This document shows positions 1 to 12,000 of a DNA stretch of 64,000 nt, piece by piece. Below the pieces are notes generated by a model. The model worked only from the letters and a program-made list of their open reading frames with translations, did not search any database and was not told the origin of the DNA. The stretch comes from Elusimicrobia bacterium GWF2_62_30. GTDB taxonomy: Bacteria > Elusimicrobiota > Elusimicrobia > Elusimicrobiales > UBA9959. Positions within the stretch are counted from its first letter, which is position 1; each line of letters begins with the position of its first letter. The position numbers were made by a program, and so were the translations under genes. Where the stretch lies: NCBI GenBank assembly GCA_001799995.1, contig MGUK01000084.1, forward strand, positions 92,320 to 156,319. Reading direction: 5' to 3'.

Positions 1-2
1 TC

Positions 3-3000
3 GGCCTGACTTCGGGCCTTGAGGCGGACAACCTGGCGGTGGACAATTATACCGCCGGCGGGCCGTTCGTCTACATCGTCGGCTACGCCTCCAACCTGGT
101 CAGCGGCAAGAAAGACGGCTATATAATAAAATACAGCAGCGACGGCGTTAAGCTGTCCTCGGCCGCTATTACGCAGCCCGGCTACGACTTTACCGCGGAG
201 GCCGTTAAGGTTTCCTCAGAAGGCTTCGTCTACGTCGCCGGCGGCGCGGCGGCTGCCGATTCCGTCTATTCCCTTGTGGTGAAATACACGCCCTCGCTGG
301 TGGTGGTCACTTCCGTTACCCATGGCGGGTATGACCTTACCATGGCGCTCGGTCCTACCGGAGAAGTGGTGGTGGGCGGCTTTAAATACATCTCCTTTTA
401 CGGCCACGATGCCTGGTATATCACTAAATACGACAGCGCCTTGAATTACGTTACCAACAGCAATGCGCTCTCGTTCGCTTCCTTCGATTCCACGGAAACC
501 GTGCAGGGTCTGGCCCTGGACAGCGCGGGCAATATCTACGCCGTCGGCAATAAGTACGACAATTCTTTCGGTAATTATGGTATCCAGGTCATCAAGGCCA
601 ACCCCGGCATGACCACCTATTCAACTATCATGCCCGGCGATGGCCTGGGCATAGGCGTTGACATACTCGGGAACAAGAACCTGGGGCACGCTTCCGTGCT
701 TGTGGACGCCGCCGATAATCTCTATGTCATCCATCCCTCCACCAACGCGGCCACGGGGCTGGCCACGGCGATCAGGAAATACGACACGGTCCCGGACCTC
801 ATCGGGTACCAGACTTTCGACTCCGCTTATCACGACGAGCCGCTTACCTCCGGTTTCGACCGCTACGGCAACCTGCTGGTGAGCGGCTGGAGCTTCAACG
901 ACCAGCGCGTTTACCAGGGCGGGTTCCTGCTGCTGTACAACCCGGAACTGGTCCTTATCACTTCCGGCCCCATGATGGCGGCGGGCCTGGACGCGGACAT
1001 GAACCGCGATTACGTATACACTCTCGCAGGCGGCGGCCCCGAGGTCCACACTTTCCGGTTCAACCTGCCGTCTGCCGGCAACATCTTCAGCGGCGGCGTT
1101 TACGAGGCGGGCGGCGCGCTGGTTTCCAACCTTTTCGCTACCGGCGTCGCCTACTATGGGTCCGAGGTTTATTCCGTAGGCGTGAACGGAACCGACAGCC
1201 TGCTGGTGCGCTATAACATGGTCGGAAACCTGGTCTCTTCCGCCGTTTTCACCGGCGCCGAATTCCGCGCGGTGAAAGCCAATGCCAACGGCGTTTACCT
1301 CGCCGGCGGCGGCATGGTGGCCAAGTACGACCACAGCTCCGGCCTGGTGCTCAGCTCCGCCGCGGTGCTGCCCGGCGACCCGACCGCGAACGACCTGGTG
1401 CTGGACGAGGCCGGGAACGTTTACGTAGCGGCTTCCGAGACCGGCGCCGGCGGTTCCGACTTTAAGCTCGTTAAATTCGACAGCGACCTGACCTATCTCA
1501 CTTCCGTGACCCAGGATTTCGGCGGCTTCGAACGCGGCTTTGGAGTGGACGTGGATACGGTCGCCGGCCGCGTGTATATCGCCGGCACCAGCCTTCAGGG
1601 CCCGTCTACCTTCTATATGTCGGGCGGCTATAACACCGGCGACCTGGGCTCGCCTGTCTTCTCGGCGCCGTATGGCGGCGTTTATTCTGATCCCGAAATG
1701 AATCTCGGCGCCAAGCTGGCGGTCAACCCGGTCACGCACGACGTGTTCCTGGTGGGTTCGCTCGGCACGGAAAATGACAGGAAGATCCTGACCCTGAAGT
1801 ATAACCAGAACCTTACCTTGTCCTCTGCCGCGGCGTTCCCGGGAGGCATGTACCAGCTCGGGATGGACGTGAAGGTCAGCAGCGAAGGCTACGTTTACGT
1901 GCTGGGTAAGGACGATACCGGCGGGTATGACTCGACCGCGCTCCTCAAGTACGATGAGAACCTGGTCTTCCTTTCCAGTTCTGCCCAATACGTGCCCGGC
2001 GTGAAATTCGTCGGTCTTTCCCTGGCCCTGCATCCCGATCTCGGCGACGCTTACGCCGCGGGCGTCCTCGATGCGGGTTCCGGCACGAACATGTTCACGG
2101 CCCGCTTTGAGGCTTTGCCCGGAGTAAAATACGTGCCCCCGCTGGCCTTTACCGGGCTTTTTGCCGAAGCTACCGGCGTCACCGTCAACGGCGGCGGCAT
2201 GGATATGGGCACGGGCGCCGCGGTTTACGGGTCTTACGTCTACGCCGTCGGCCATTCCGCCCCGGCGGGCAGCGTTATAGTCAAGTACGACCAGACCGGC
2301 AATGTGGCTTCTTCTGCCACTTACAGCGGCGCCGGGTTCATGAACGTAGTGGCCAACGGCGACGGTGTGTATGTCGCCGCCCAGGGCGATGGCACCGGCT
2401 TTGTTACCTTGAAATATACCCATAGCCTTGTCCTAAGTTCGGCCGCCGTGCTGCCCGGAGATTCCAGCGCCAGGGATATCGCCCTGGACGCCTCGGGCAA
2501 CGTTTACGTGATAGGTTCCAACATGGGCGAGGGCGGGAACGACGACTACAAGATAGTCAAGTACGACCAGTACCTGGCGCAGCAGGGCGCCCCCGGGCTC
2601 TTCGACGCGGGCGGCTACGACGAAGGCCGCGGCATAGCCGTGGATAACGGCTTCATCTATGTGACGGGCGACAGCCTCATGGCCGGCGCCACTTATTTTG
2701 TGACGGCAAAGCTTAACTCTTCGTACGCGGTGGTCGCTTCCACGGTCTACGCCGGGGCTTATGTGTCCGCCGAGTTCCCGATGGGCGAGAAACTGGCGAT
2801 AAACCCGGTCACTCACAACGTGTACCTGGCCGCGAACGCCTCCCCGGCCACGATGCTGATCCTGAAATACGACCAGGACCTCGTGCCCCAGGCGGAAGAA
2901 ACGGTCTTCAGCACCTCCTCCTATGCGCATGCCGCGGGGATAAAACTGGACGCCAGCGGGGACATCCACGTCGCAGGCTCCTATAGCAACAGTCTCCGGG

Positions 3001-6000
3001 ACATCCCGCTGCTGCTTAAGTACGACCCGCAGCTCGTGCTCCTTTCCAGCGCTGCCAAGGCGCAGCCCTATAATTTTGAGGTCGTCGGGCTGGCGCTCGA
3101 CACGACCACCGGCAGCGGCTATCTGCCCGGCGTTTACTTCTCCGACGGGAACGGCGGCAACCAGTCCATGTGGGACATGCGCACCGTCAAGATGGACCCG
3201 CTGCCCGGCACCGGCGTGTACGGCGTGATCACCGGCACGGTATCTTACGACGGAATGCAGACCGGCGAATCCCTTGTCGCTATCTTCACCAGTACCGACA
3301 TAATCAATTCTAACCCGTATACTTTCGCCACCATCAATACCGCGGCTAACCCCTGGGACTATACCACTCCCAACCTGCCCGCCGGCACCTATTACCTGCT
3401 CGGCATAATCCTTACCCAGGGCATGGAGGCGGGACCGCAGAAATACGACCCCTGGGACGTCCTTGGCTCCACCGATAATATGACCGCGGTGGTCATCAGC
3501 GAGGCCGGCGTCCAGCCCGGCATTAACTTAGCGCTTGTCGACGGTACCGACGAGAATCCCAATCCCGTCTTTACCGGCGGCTACATAAAAGGGGCCGTCT
3601 CCTATTCCGGCGCCGTCCAGGGCGTCGCCCGCGTGGCGCTTTCCTCCGCTCCGCTGGCCCTTGGTTCGAGCGAGAACATCATTACGAATATGCTCGTGGG
3701 AGCGAACAGTTATGAGTTCGGCGGCCTTACCATGCCCGGTACATACTACATCACGGCCTGGCTGGACGAGAACGAGAACTCCCAGCTGGACTGCGGCGAG
3801 TCCAACGGCGCTTACAGGCCCACCCGCGGCGTGGACTGCGCGTTCGAGTCCCGGCCCATCTTCCTGGCCGAGAATACCGCGCTTGCCGGGGCGGACATTA
3901 CCGTCACGGATTTCGTTTCGGTGACCGGTTCCATCTTCAAGGACATGACGATGCCCGACGGCAACGGCGTGTTCATGGCCACCCAGTCCGCCGCCGGTTA
4001 TGTGCCTTTCTATATGGGCGCGTACATAGCGGGAACTTCAGATATCCCTTACGAATTCCGGCTCTCCACCAGCGCCGCGCCGTACGATATTACGCTTTAC
4101 ATAGACGAGAACGAAGATCTGAACCGCGGTTTCTTCGAGGCCTATGGCTCGACAGCCGGCGTTCTGGTCGCCTACGGCAGCCCGGTGACGGGCGCGGACA
4201 TAATCCTGTCTACGCCGATCATCCCCGTCCCATCCCTCGACTGGGCGGGCGGCATGAGCTACAACGAGACCGGCGTTCCCGACGGGTATTCCGGCCTGTT
4301 CGTGTACAGGGTGAAATACACCAGCCCCAACAACCTGGCCCCTGCGAACGGCTATCCCAAGGTGAACATCGCCTATGATGGCGTTCCCCTGAGCAGTTCG
4401 CCGTTCACGATGACGGCGCTCGCCCCTGAGGATACGGACTACTCCGACGGCAAGATGTTCACCTATACCTGGGCGCTCTCCGCGGGCTCCGGGAGCGCCG
4501 GGTATTCCTACCAGTTCGCGGCGTACGACTCCGACAACATCCCCGCCGTGGGTCCCGCCGCCGAGGCGACGGACGGACCGCTGGTTTCTGAACCACCGGC
4601 GATAACCTACGCCACGACAACGCATGTGCTGTCTGGCATCACGGCGCAGGTGATCACCAACGGCATGTCCGGCGCCCAGCGCCTGGCCAGGGACACGGCC
4701 GGCAACATCTATTCGGCGCAGGAAGATTCCGGGATCCTGGTGCTCACCAGGCGCACAGGCTCCGGAGTTACGCAGACCACGTTCGTGGAATTCGGCGGCG
4801 CCACGCTTAAGGATCTGGCGGTGGACCCGTTCGGCAACAGCTATATCCTGGCCGGGACGGGAGAATCGCCGCTTGTGGCAAAATTTGGGACTTCCGGTGA
4901 GGAGTTATGGATAAGCACCTTTGGTTACGGTGCGGACCCGGTTTCACTGGGCGTTTCCACCTCCGGCGTGGTTTACGCCGCGGCCAATGATACTACGGAC
5001 AGGAGCATACTGCTCTACAAACTGAAGCCCGACGGCTCCGAGGTGTGGGAAACCCCCGTGCGCTACCAGTACGCGCAAGGCGCCTCCACCGATACCGTGG
5101 CCCATATCTCGGTGGTGCCCCAGTCCAATGTGGTCGCCATTTACGTGGCCGGCGCCGTGAGTACGGGGCCTATGGTCACCAGCGGCCTGCTGGCTAAGTT
5201 CATAGATAACGGCGGCGCCGTTACCTTGCCGGCGTGGGTTAAACTTTATTCCAGCGCCAGCCGGGACGAGTACAGCGAATACAGATATGCCGTGGCTAAA
5301 GCCGTAGCGGCCGATAAGAACGGCAACGTTTACGTGGCCGGGACCGATAACCGGTACGACGCCGGCCAGGGCACCGACGTCTGGCTGCTGAAATATAATT
5401 CCGGCGGGTTCCAGCAATGGGCTTCGGCCAAGACTTTCAATTCCGACGCCTACGCCGACGACGACGTCGCGGCCCTGGCGCTGGACTCCATCGGCGACCT
5501 GTATGTTTCCGGCGGCGTTGTCGCCTGGAGCAGCGGCGGGTTTAACCTCTGGGTCGCTAAATACAGCTCCGGCGGCGTCAGGCTGCTCAGCCGGACGTAC
5601 GACTATAACGGCAACTCTGATTACGGTTACGATGTTATCGCCGGTTCGGCCGCGGTTTACACTGCCGCTGAGTTCGACGGTGCTTCCGGCCTTTACGAAC
5701 TGCCGCTTTCCATAGGCGCGCAGTCGGAGTATTTCACGGCGGCGGAGGGCCCCAATACGGGCTCCGTCTCGCTTGCGTGGAATTACCCCGTTCCCCTGCC
5801 GGAGGGCTCAACGTTCTACGTGCAGTACAGCTCGGCCGCGGTGCCGAACTGGGCGACCGTGCCGCTGGTTACGGTAAGCACCGGCGTCGCGCAGTGGGAA
5901 AGCCAGGAGTACCTGGTCGGCGGCCTCATGACCGGCCGCGACGCCAGCCAGAACATCTTCCCGCAGTACAAGTTCCGGGTAAGCCTGCGGTCCTCCGCCG

Positions 6001-9000
6001 GCATTTACACCGTGCTGGTCTCTACCCCCTCGAGCTACGCCAGGACTCCGTTCGCGTACGACAGCACCCTGCCGTACGGTACGGCTAAGTTCTCGTATAT
6101 GCACGGGACCACGGCCGGCGAGAATACCGGCAACGCCATAGCCGTTAGCGGCAGCTATGTCTACCAGGCTTTCGGCAACGATTCCGGGGATTCCGTCGGA
6201 CTGGGCTTCCGGAAACATAACACCAACACCTCCGCCGTAGAGTGGACCAAGTTCTTCAATACGGCTGCCGGGGCCTACTTCAGCGTGAACGCGCTCCTGC
6301 GCGACAGCGCGGGCAGTTTCTACGCCGTGGGCAGCCGCGCGTCCATAGAGGACCCGGCCAATACGGACTTCTGGATAGGCAAATTCAACGCTGACGGCGA
6401 CCTGATAGGGAGCTATTCCCAGGACGTGGACGGCGGCAGCGACGAGCTGTTCGGCGCGGTGCTGGACGGCGCCGGCGGCCTCTACACCGCGGGCAAGTTC
6501 ACCGATGTGACAGGAGAGAACGGGGGGGAGATCTCCGTGCGCAAGTATAATGTGGCAGCCTCGTCTCCCTACCTTCTCTGGGCTTCTACCCAGTCTGGTT
6601 CCGGCGCGGGGCAATTTGTAAGTATGCCCGCCAGGACGGGCAAGTCTCCCGCCAAGTTCGGCCAATCCGGGTCGGGCGATGACGCGGCCTACGGTATAGC
6701 GCTCGACGTCAACAACTCGCGCCTCTACGTGACCGGCGCCATAACGGTGGAAGCCGGGAACACCGACCTCTGGGCGGCCAGGTACACGCTGGACAACCAC
6801 ATGGTCTCCTCTTTCACTTATAATACCGGTTCCGGCAATGCCGCGGGCTACGGCGTGGCCGTGGCTCCCTCCGGTGTGTTCGTTGCCGGTTCCAGGTCCA
6901 ATGGCTCCGGCACCCCCGTGATGTACGTCGCGCAGTATTCGCTCGATTTCTCCACCACGGTGTGGGACATGGCCGAGGGCCCTGACTCCGAGTCCGCGCT
7001 GCATAGCGTGGTGGTGGACGCGAACGGCTACGGCTACGGGGCCGGGTTCGAGTCCTCCTGGGAACAGGAAGGGCTGAACGCCATCTTCGGCAAGCTGGCC
7101 CCTAACGGCAATATTGTCTGGAACCGCTACTTCAACGACGATGCCCGCAACGTGGACGAGGCCGCCTACAGCATTGTGCTGGATACGGCCAACAGGGTTT
7201 TCTCTTCCATCCGCACGGGCTCGTACGGTTCCTTCAGCCCCGGTTTCTACATGTTCCCGCAGCCTTCGTTCAATATGACCGCCGCGGAATATCACGTTCC
7301 GGGAGCGGTGAGCCTTACCTGGCTGTCCCAGGCTACCCTGCCTGCCGGCACCACCTTCTACGTGCAGTACGCTACCAACAACGTCACCGTAGTCTGGTCG
7401 GCCGCGGCTGCCCAGGAGAGTTTCATAACGGACAAACCCTTGTGGGAAAGCGGACAGATGGAGTACAAGGTTTACGGGCTGGATAACGGCAAGAACGCGC
7501 TGGGCGCGGCCATCGGCCCGGACTATTACTTCAGGGTCTGGTATTCCACCGGCGCGGGTTCTTACACCGCCGTGCCCGGGATCCCGGCCGCCAAGGCGGC
7601 CAACGCCTATATGCCGGAAAGCACCCTGGTTTATTCCGGCGACAACAGGTTATATACCGCCGGAGTGCGGTATATGATGGACAACGGGTTGACGCTGAAC
7701 GGCGCGGTGCGCGGGCCTTTGGGCAATATCTATTCCGTGGTCAACGCCATGCAGGGCGAGTCAAGCCTGTTCGCGCTGCGCAAGCTGAGCCCGGGCGGCC
7801 TTCCGCTCTGGACGAAGTATTTCACCACTTCGGAATATGACCGCATAAAAGCCAACAGGATGGCGGTGGACGCCGCCGGGAACCTTTATGTTACCGGCAG
7901 GCGGGCCCGCTGGGACGAGACGACGCAGACGGACGAAAGCCGCATGTTCCTGATCCGCTATAACGCCGACGGCGTTATGGCCTGGAAATACTCCGGGCCG
8001 CTTTATACCGAAGGCTACAGCGTGGCCGCGGACGCCTCTGGCCATGTTTACGTGGCCGGCAGCTCCGGCACGTACATGACGGGGGGCAATGACGCCTGGA
8101 TGGCGAAGTTCAGCGTGACGAGTTCCAGCGCGACCCTGTTGTGGGAAAACCTGAATGACGGCGCCGCGAACGAGTACGACAGCGCTTATGGCGTGGCCGT
8201 GGCAGGCAGTATGGCGTATTTCGCGGGTTATTCTACCGAGCAGACCGGCGATGGCGGCGTCTGGCTCGGCAAGTACGACGGCTCGGGAGTTCTGGTTTCC
8301 AGCCGCAGCATTAGCAACGCGCCCGGCGAAGAGGCCGCTTACGGCGTTGCCGTATCCCCTGTTACCGGCAGTATTTATGTGGCAGGCCAGGCGATAAATA
8401 ACGACTACGGCACGTACGACGGCGTGGTCTACATCTCCAGCGCGGACCTGAGCGACTTCGGCGTGACGGTTTCCACCTATCACAGCGCCAGCACCCAGTG
8501 GGGCAGAGCGGCGGCCTACGGCCTTACGCTTGACGCCGCCGGCGCCGTTTACGTGACCGGCACGGATGACCGCAGCGACATCGGCTGGGGCAGGGACCTG
8601 TGGCTGCGCAAGTATACCTCGCAGCTCGGGGCGGACTCCGAACTCTGGACGCAGACGTTCAATTCCAACGGGCAGGACGACGCGGGCTACAGCGTGGCGC
8701 TGGACAGCTCAGGCTACGTCTACGCCGCGGGCGCGTTCGGCATGGGCGACGGTGTGTACCGCTACAAGCAGGCCAGCAACCTGGCGTACAATCCTACCCT
8801 TACGGCCAGGATAATGCGCGGGGCCCCGGGCACTACGGACACCACGCCCTTCGCCGGCGTTAGCGTGGCCTTCATCCCGTATTCGCAGACCGGCGGTATA
8901 GACGCCTACGGCGTCAGGATGGGTTCTACGAACGCTTCCGGCTATTTCACCCGGGAAATGGCTCCCGGCCGGCAGTACTTCATCGCCGTTGCCACGCAGG

Positions 9001-12000
9001 GTTATACCCCGACGGTCAAGGACCAGCAGATCGACCCGAACGGGACGTACTTCGTCCAGTTCGCGGGAGACTACGAAAAAACCTTCACGCTGTACCCTGC
9101 CGCCGATCCCGGCAACGCCCTCAGCGTAACGGTGACCTCGGCCACGGCCGGGGACCTTGTGACCGCCGAAGTGTTCTTCACCGAGACCGGCGAAAAGATG
9201 GCCTATGCCATGGCGCAGGTGCCGGCTTCGACTACTACCGTCACGTTCACCGTGCCGAGCGTAGCCACGGCCGCGGCCAACGTGTACACGCTGGGCGTCA
9301 CTATCCCCTCCAGGAGCGTGCAGCGCAGCAGGAAGCTGGATTCGGCCTTCCCTTCTTCGAGGAACGCTTACGATGTGTGTATGTCCACCACGGACGGGGC
9401 CATCATCTCCTCGGCCGGCTTCGATGTGACGGCTTCGACCGTCCCGGCTTCTTTCAGCGGCGTGGTGCGCAACAGCGCCACCAATGCCCCCGTGGAGAAC
9501 GTCAGGGTCTCGCTCTACCACCAGGACTGCGTGCCCGAAGTAAAGAACAACGCCTACGACGAATACCAGATGCTGACAGACGTGAACGGCAAGTTCTCGT
9601 TCTACGGCGTGACGCCCAGCACCGTCCCCTACCTGGCTACCCTCAGGAAGGCGGGCTATGGGGCCACCGGCATGGGCTGGTGCCAGTATTTCGTCTCTTC
9701 CTCCGTAGTGAACGGAGGCGTGACGGTCTCGCAGGGCGGGGGGTTCAATTACCAGGACTTCTCCCTTGCCGAAGCCACGTTCACGTTCAAAGGTATAGTC
9801 ACGTATGACAACGTGCCGATACCCAACGCCAACGTAATGGTGCATGGCGACTATACCTGGTACACCGGCGGTTCCGACTCCTACCGCCAAGGCCAGGGCA
9901 TGGGCACCGACGCCAAGATCCGCACCGGCGCCGACGGTTCCTTCACGTTCAGCTCCGCCACGGCCAACGGCCTGCTGGAAGGCGGCTTGCGGCTGAATGT
10001 GGATTTCCTCGGCAGCTGGAGGCAGTTCAACGAGGGGCGGACCAACTCGAACACGGTCGACTCCGACGATATCCGGATAGTGATCTCCGGCCAGCGTTCT
10101 ACCACCACCGTCAGCGGCTGCGCCAACGGCAAGGTGTGGATGCTGAGCGCCACGGACGGCTCCTGCCGCGCCGCGGTGTATCCCGGCACGCCGCTCGTCC
10201 TCAATATAGAGCCGCCCGCCGGGGAAAGCCGGATCGGCCGCATCTACGGCGACCTGGTCTTCGTGACCACTTACACGGTGACCGAGCAGTCGCCGCTGTT
10301 GATCTCTACCGCCGCGCCGGTTACCGTAATGGCCATGGCAAACTGCGAGGGCAGCTGTTCCAATACCCAGATGGGCTTTGTGACCCTGTCCGGAGCTTAT
10401 ACCGTCAATACGGCCACTTACAGCATCTCGCTGGCTACCGGCACGAACTACGACGTCAAGCTGGTTTCCACGGAATGGGGCCTGACCAGTTCCTTCGATA
10501 TGGACGTGGACCTGCAGTCCACCGACACGGCGAGGGTCAACTTCACGGTAGGCCGGGCGGGCAAGCTGACGGGCAACATCCTGCTGCCCAGCGGCGCCAG
10601 CTACAGGCCGAACCTGGTATCGGAAGACGATCCTGCGTTCCATTCGATGTATATCACCATCAAGGGCCAGCAGATGGACGTCTTCGAAAAGACCATGCCC
10701 GACGAGAACGGCGAGTTCGAGTTCCCTAATATCGCCCCCGGCTCCTACGACCTGGCCCTGGTCCCGCGCGGCGACGGCTTCTCCTGGCCGCCGCTGACCA
10801 TGGAAGGGATAACCGTGGCCTCCGGCCGGACCACGCAGGTAAAGCCGCAGTTGGGCGAAGGCCTGGTGGTGCAGCCGCAGATAGTGGGCCTGCCCGAGCA
10901 GTCCACCCCGACCTGGCGCTACCTGATGATCCCGGTGGAATCCGGGACGGAGATGAACCAGAAGAAGGTGAGCGAACTGTTCTTCGCCGAGGACAGTTTC
11001 GCGTTCGGGTATGCTACGGCCACCGCTACCTGGGATAAAAAATACATGCAGCCCGGCCAGTATGACTTCTACCTGGTGCTCCGGGCGCAGTACAACCCGG
11101 GGAGCGAGGGGTCCTTCTCCCAGTTCGGCAACTTTATAGGCAAGATAAAGGGCGTTACCATACAGCGGTCCGAGGCCAACCCCGGTCTGGGCTCCTACGC
11201 CCAGCCGATAAGCGTCAGCATCCTGGGCGCCATCGGCCAGGGCGTGTTCAACGGCACGCTTACCGGCGCCAAGGTGTTCACCGAAAACGACTGCCAGCGC
11301 TTCTTCGGCAACTTCAACGAGATGTTCTCGGTGATCCCGGCGGTGATGGTGTACGACGGGGCCGGCGACCTGAAAGGGTATACGGCCGCCATGCCCACGG
11401 AAGCGGACCTGCCCGGGTTCCTGTCGGTCATGCAGGCCCAGGACCTGGAAGGCTGCAAGAACTACTTCGTCGCGCATCCCGCCGCGTTCGTCATGCCCGG
11501 GCTGCCGCCCGGCAACTACACGGCGGTGTTCAACAACCCGAACTACCCGCCCGTGGCGAAAGAGCTGTCCCTGCCGTACGAGAACTACGCGTTCGACTTT
11601 GACGCGCAGAACCTCCTGTCGGGGTCCATCTCCGGCACGATAAAGAGCTCCTCCACGCTGGAGGCGGTGGCGAACGCCACCGTGTTCCTGAAGCACCGTA
11701 CGGTGGAGAAGTACGTCAACAGCGCCTCGGACGGCAGCTTCCGGTTCGAGAACCTGCCCGCCGGCATCTACCGGCTGGAAGTGCTGCACAGCGGCTTCGT
11801 GAAGGCGGGCGCGAAAACCTCGCTTTCCGCCTCCGATGCCGCCAGCCTCAGCTTCTACCTGATCCCGTCGGAAGCCATCATGAGCGGTAAGGTTTACATG
11901 AGCAAGTTCCCGTCCCCGGTCACCAAGGCGGGCGTGAAGATAGTGGCTTACGACGAGACCCTGAACGTGGAGGCCCCTTCGGCGTACCTGCCCAAGATAG

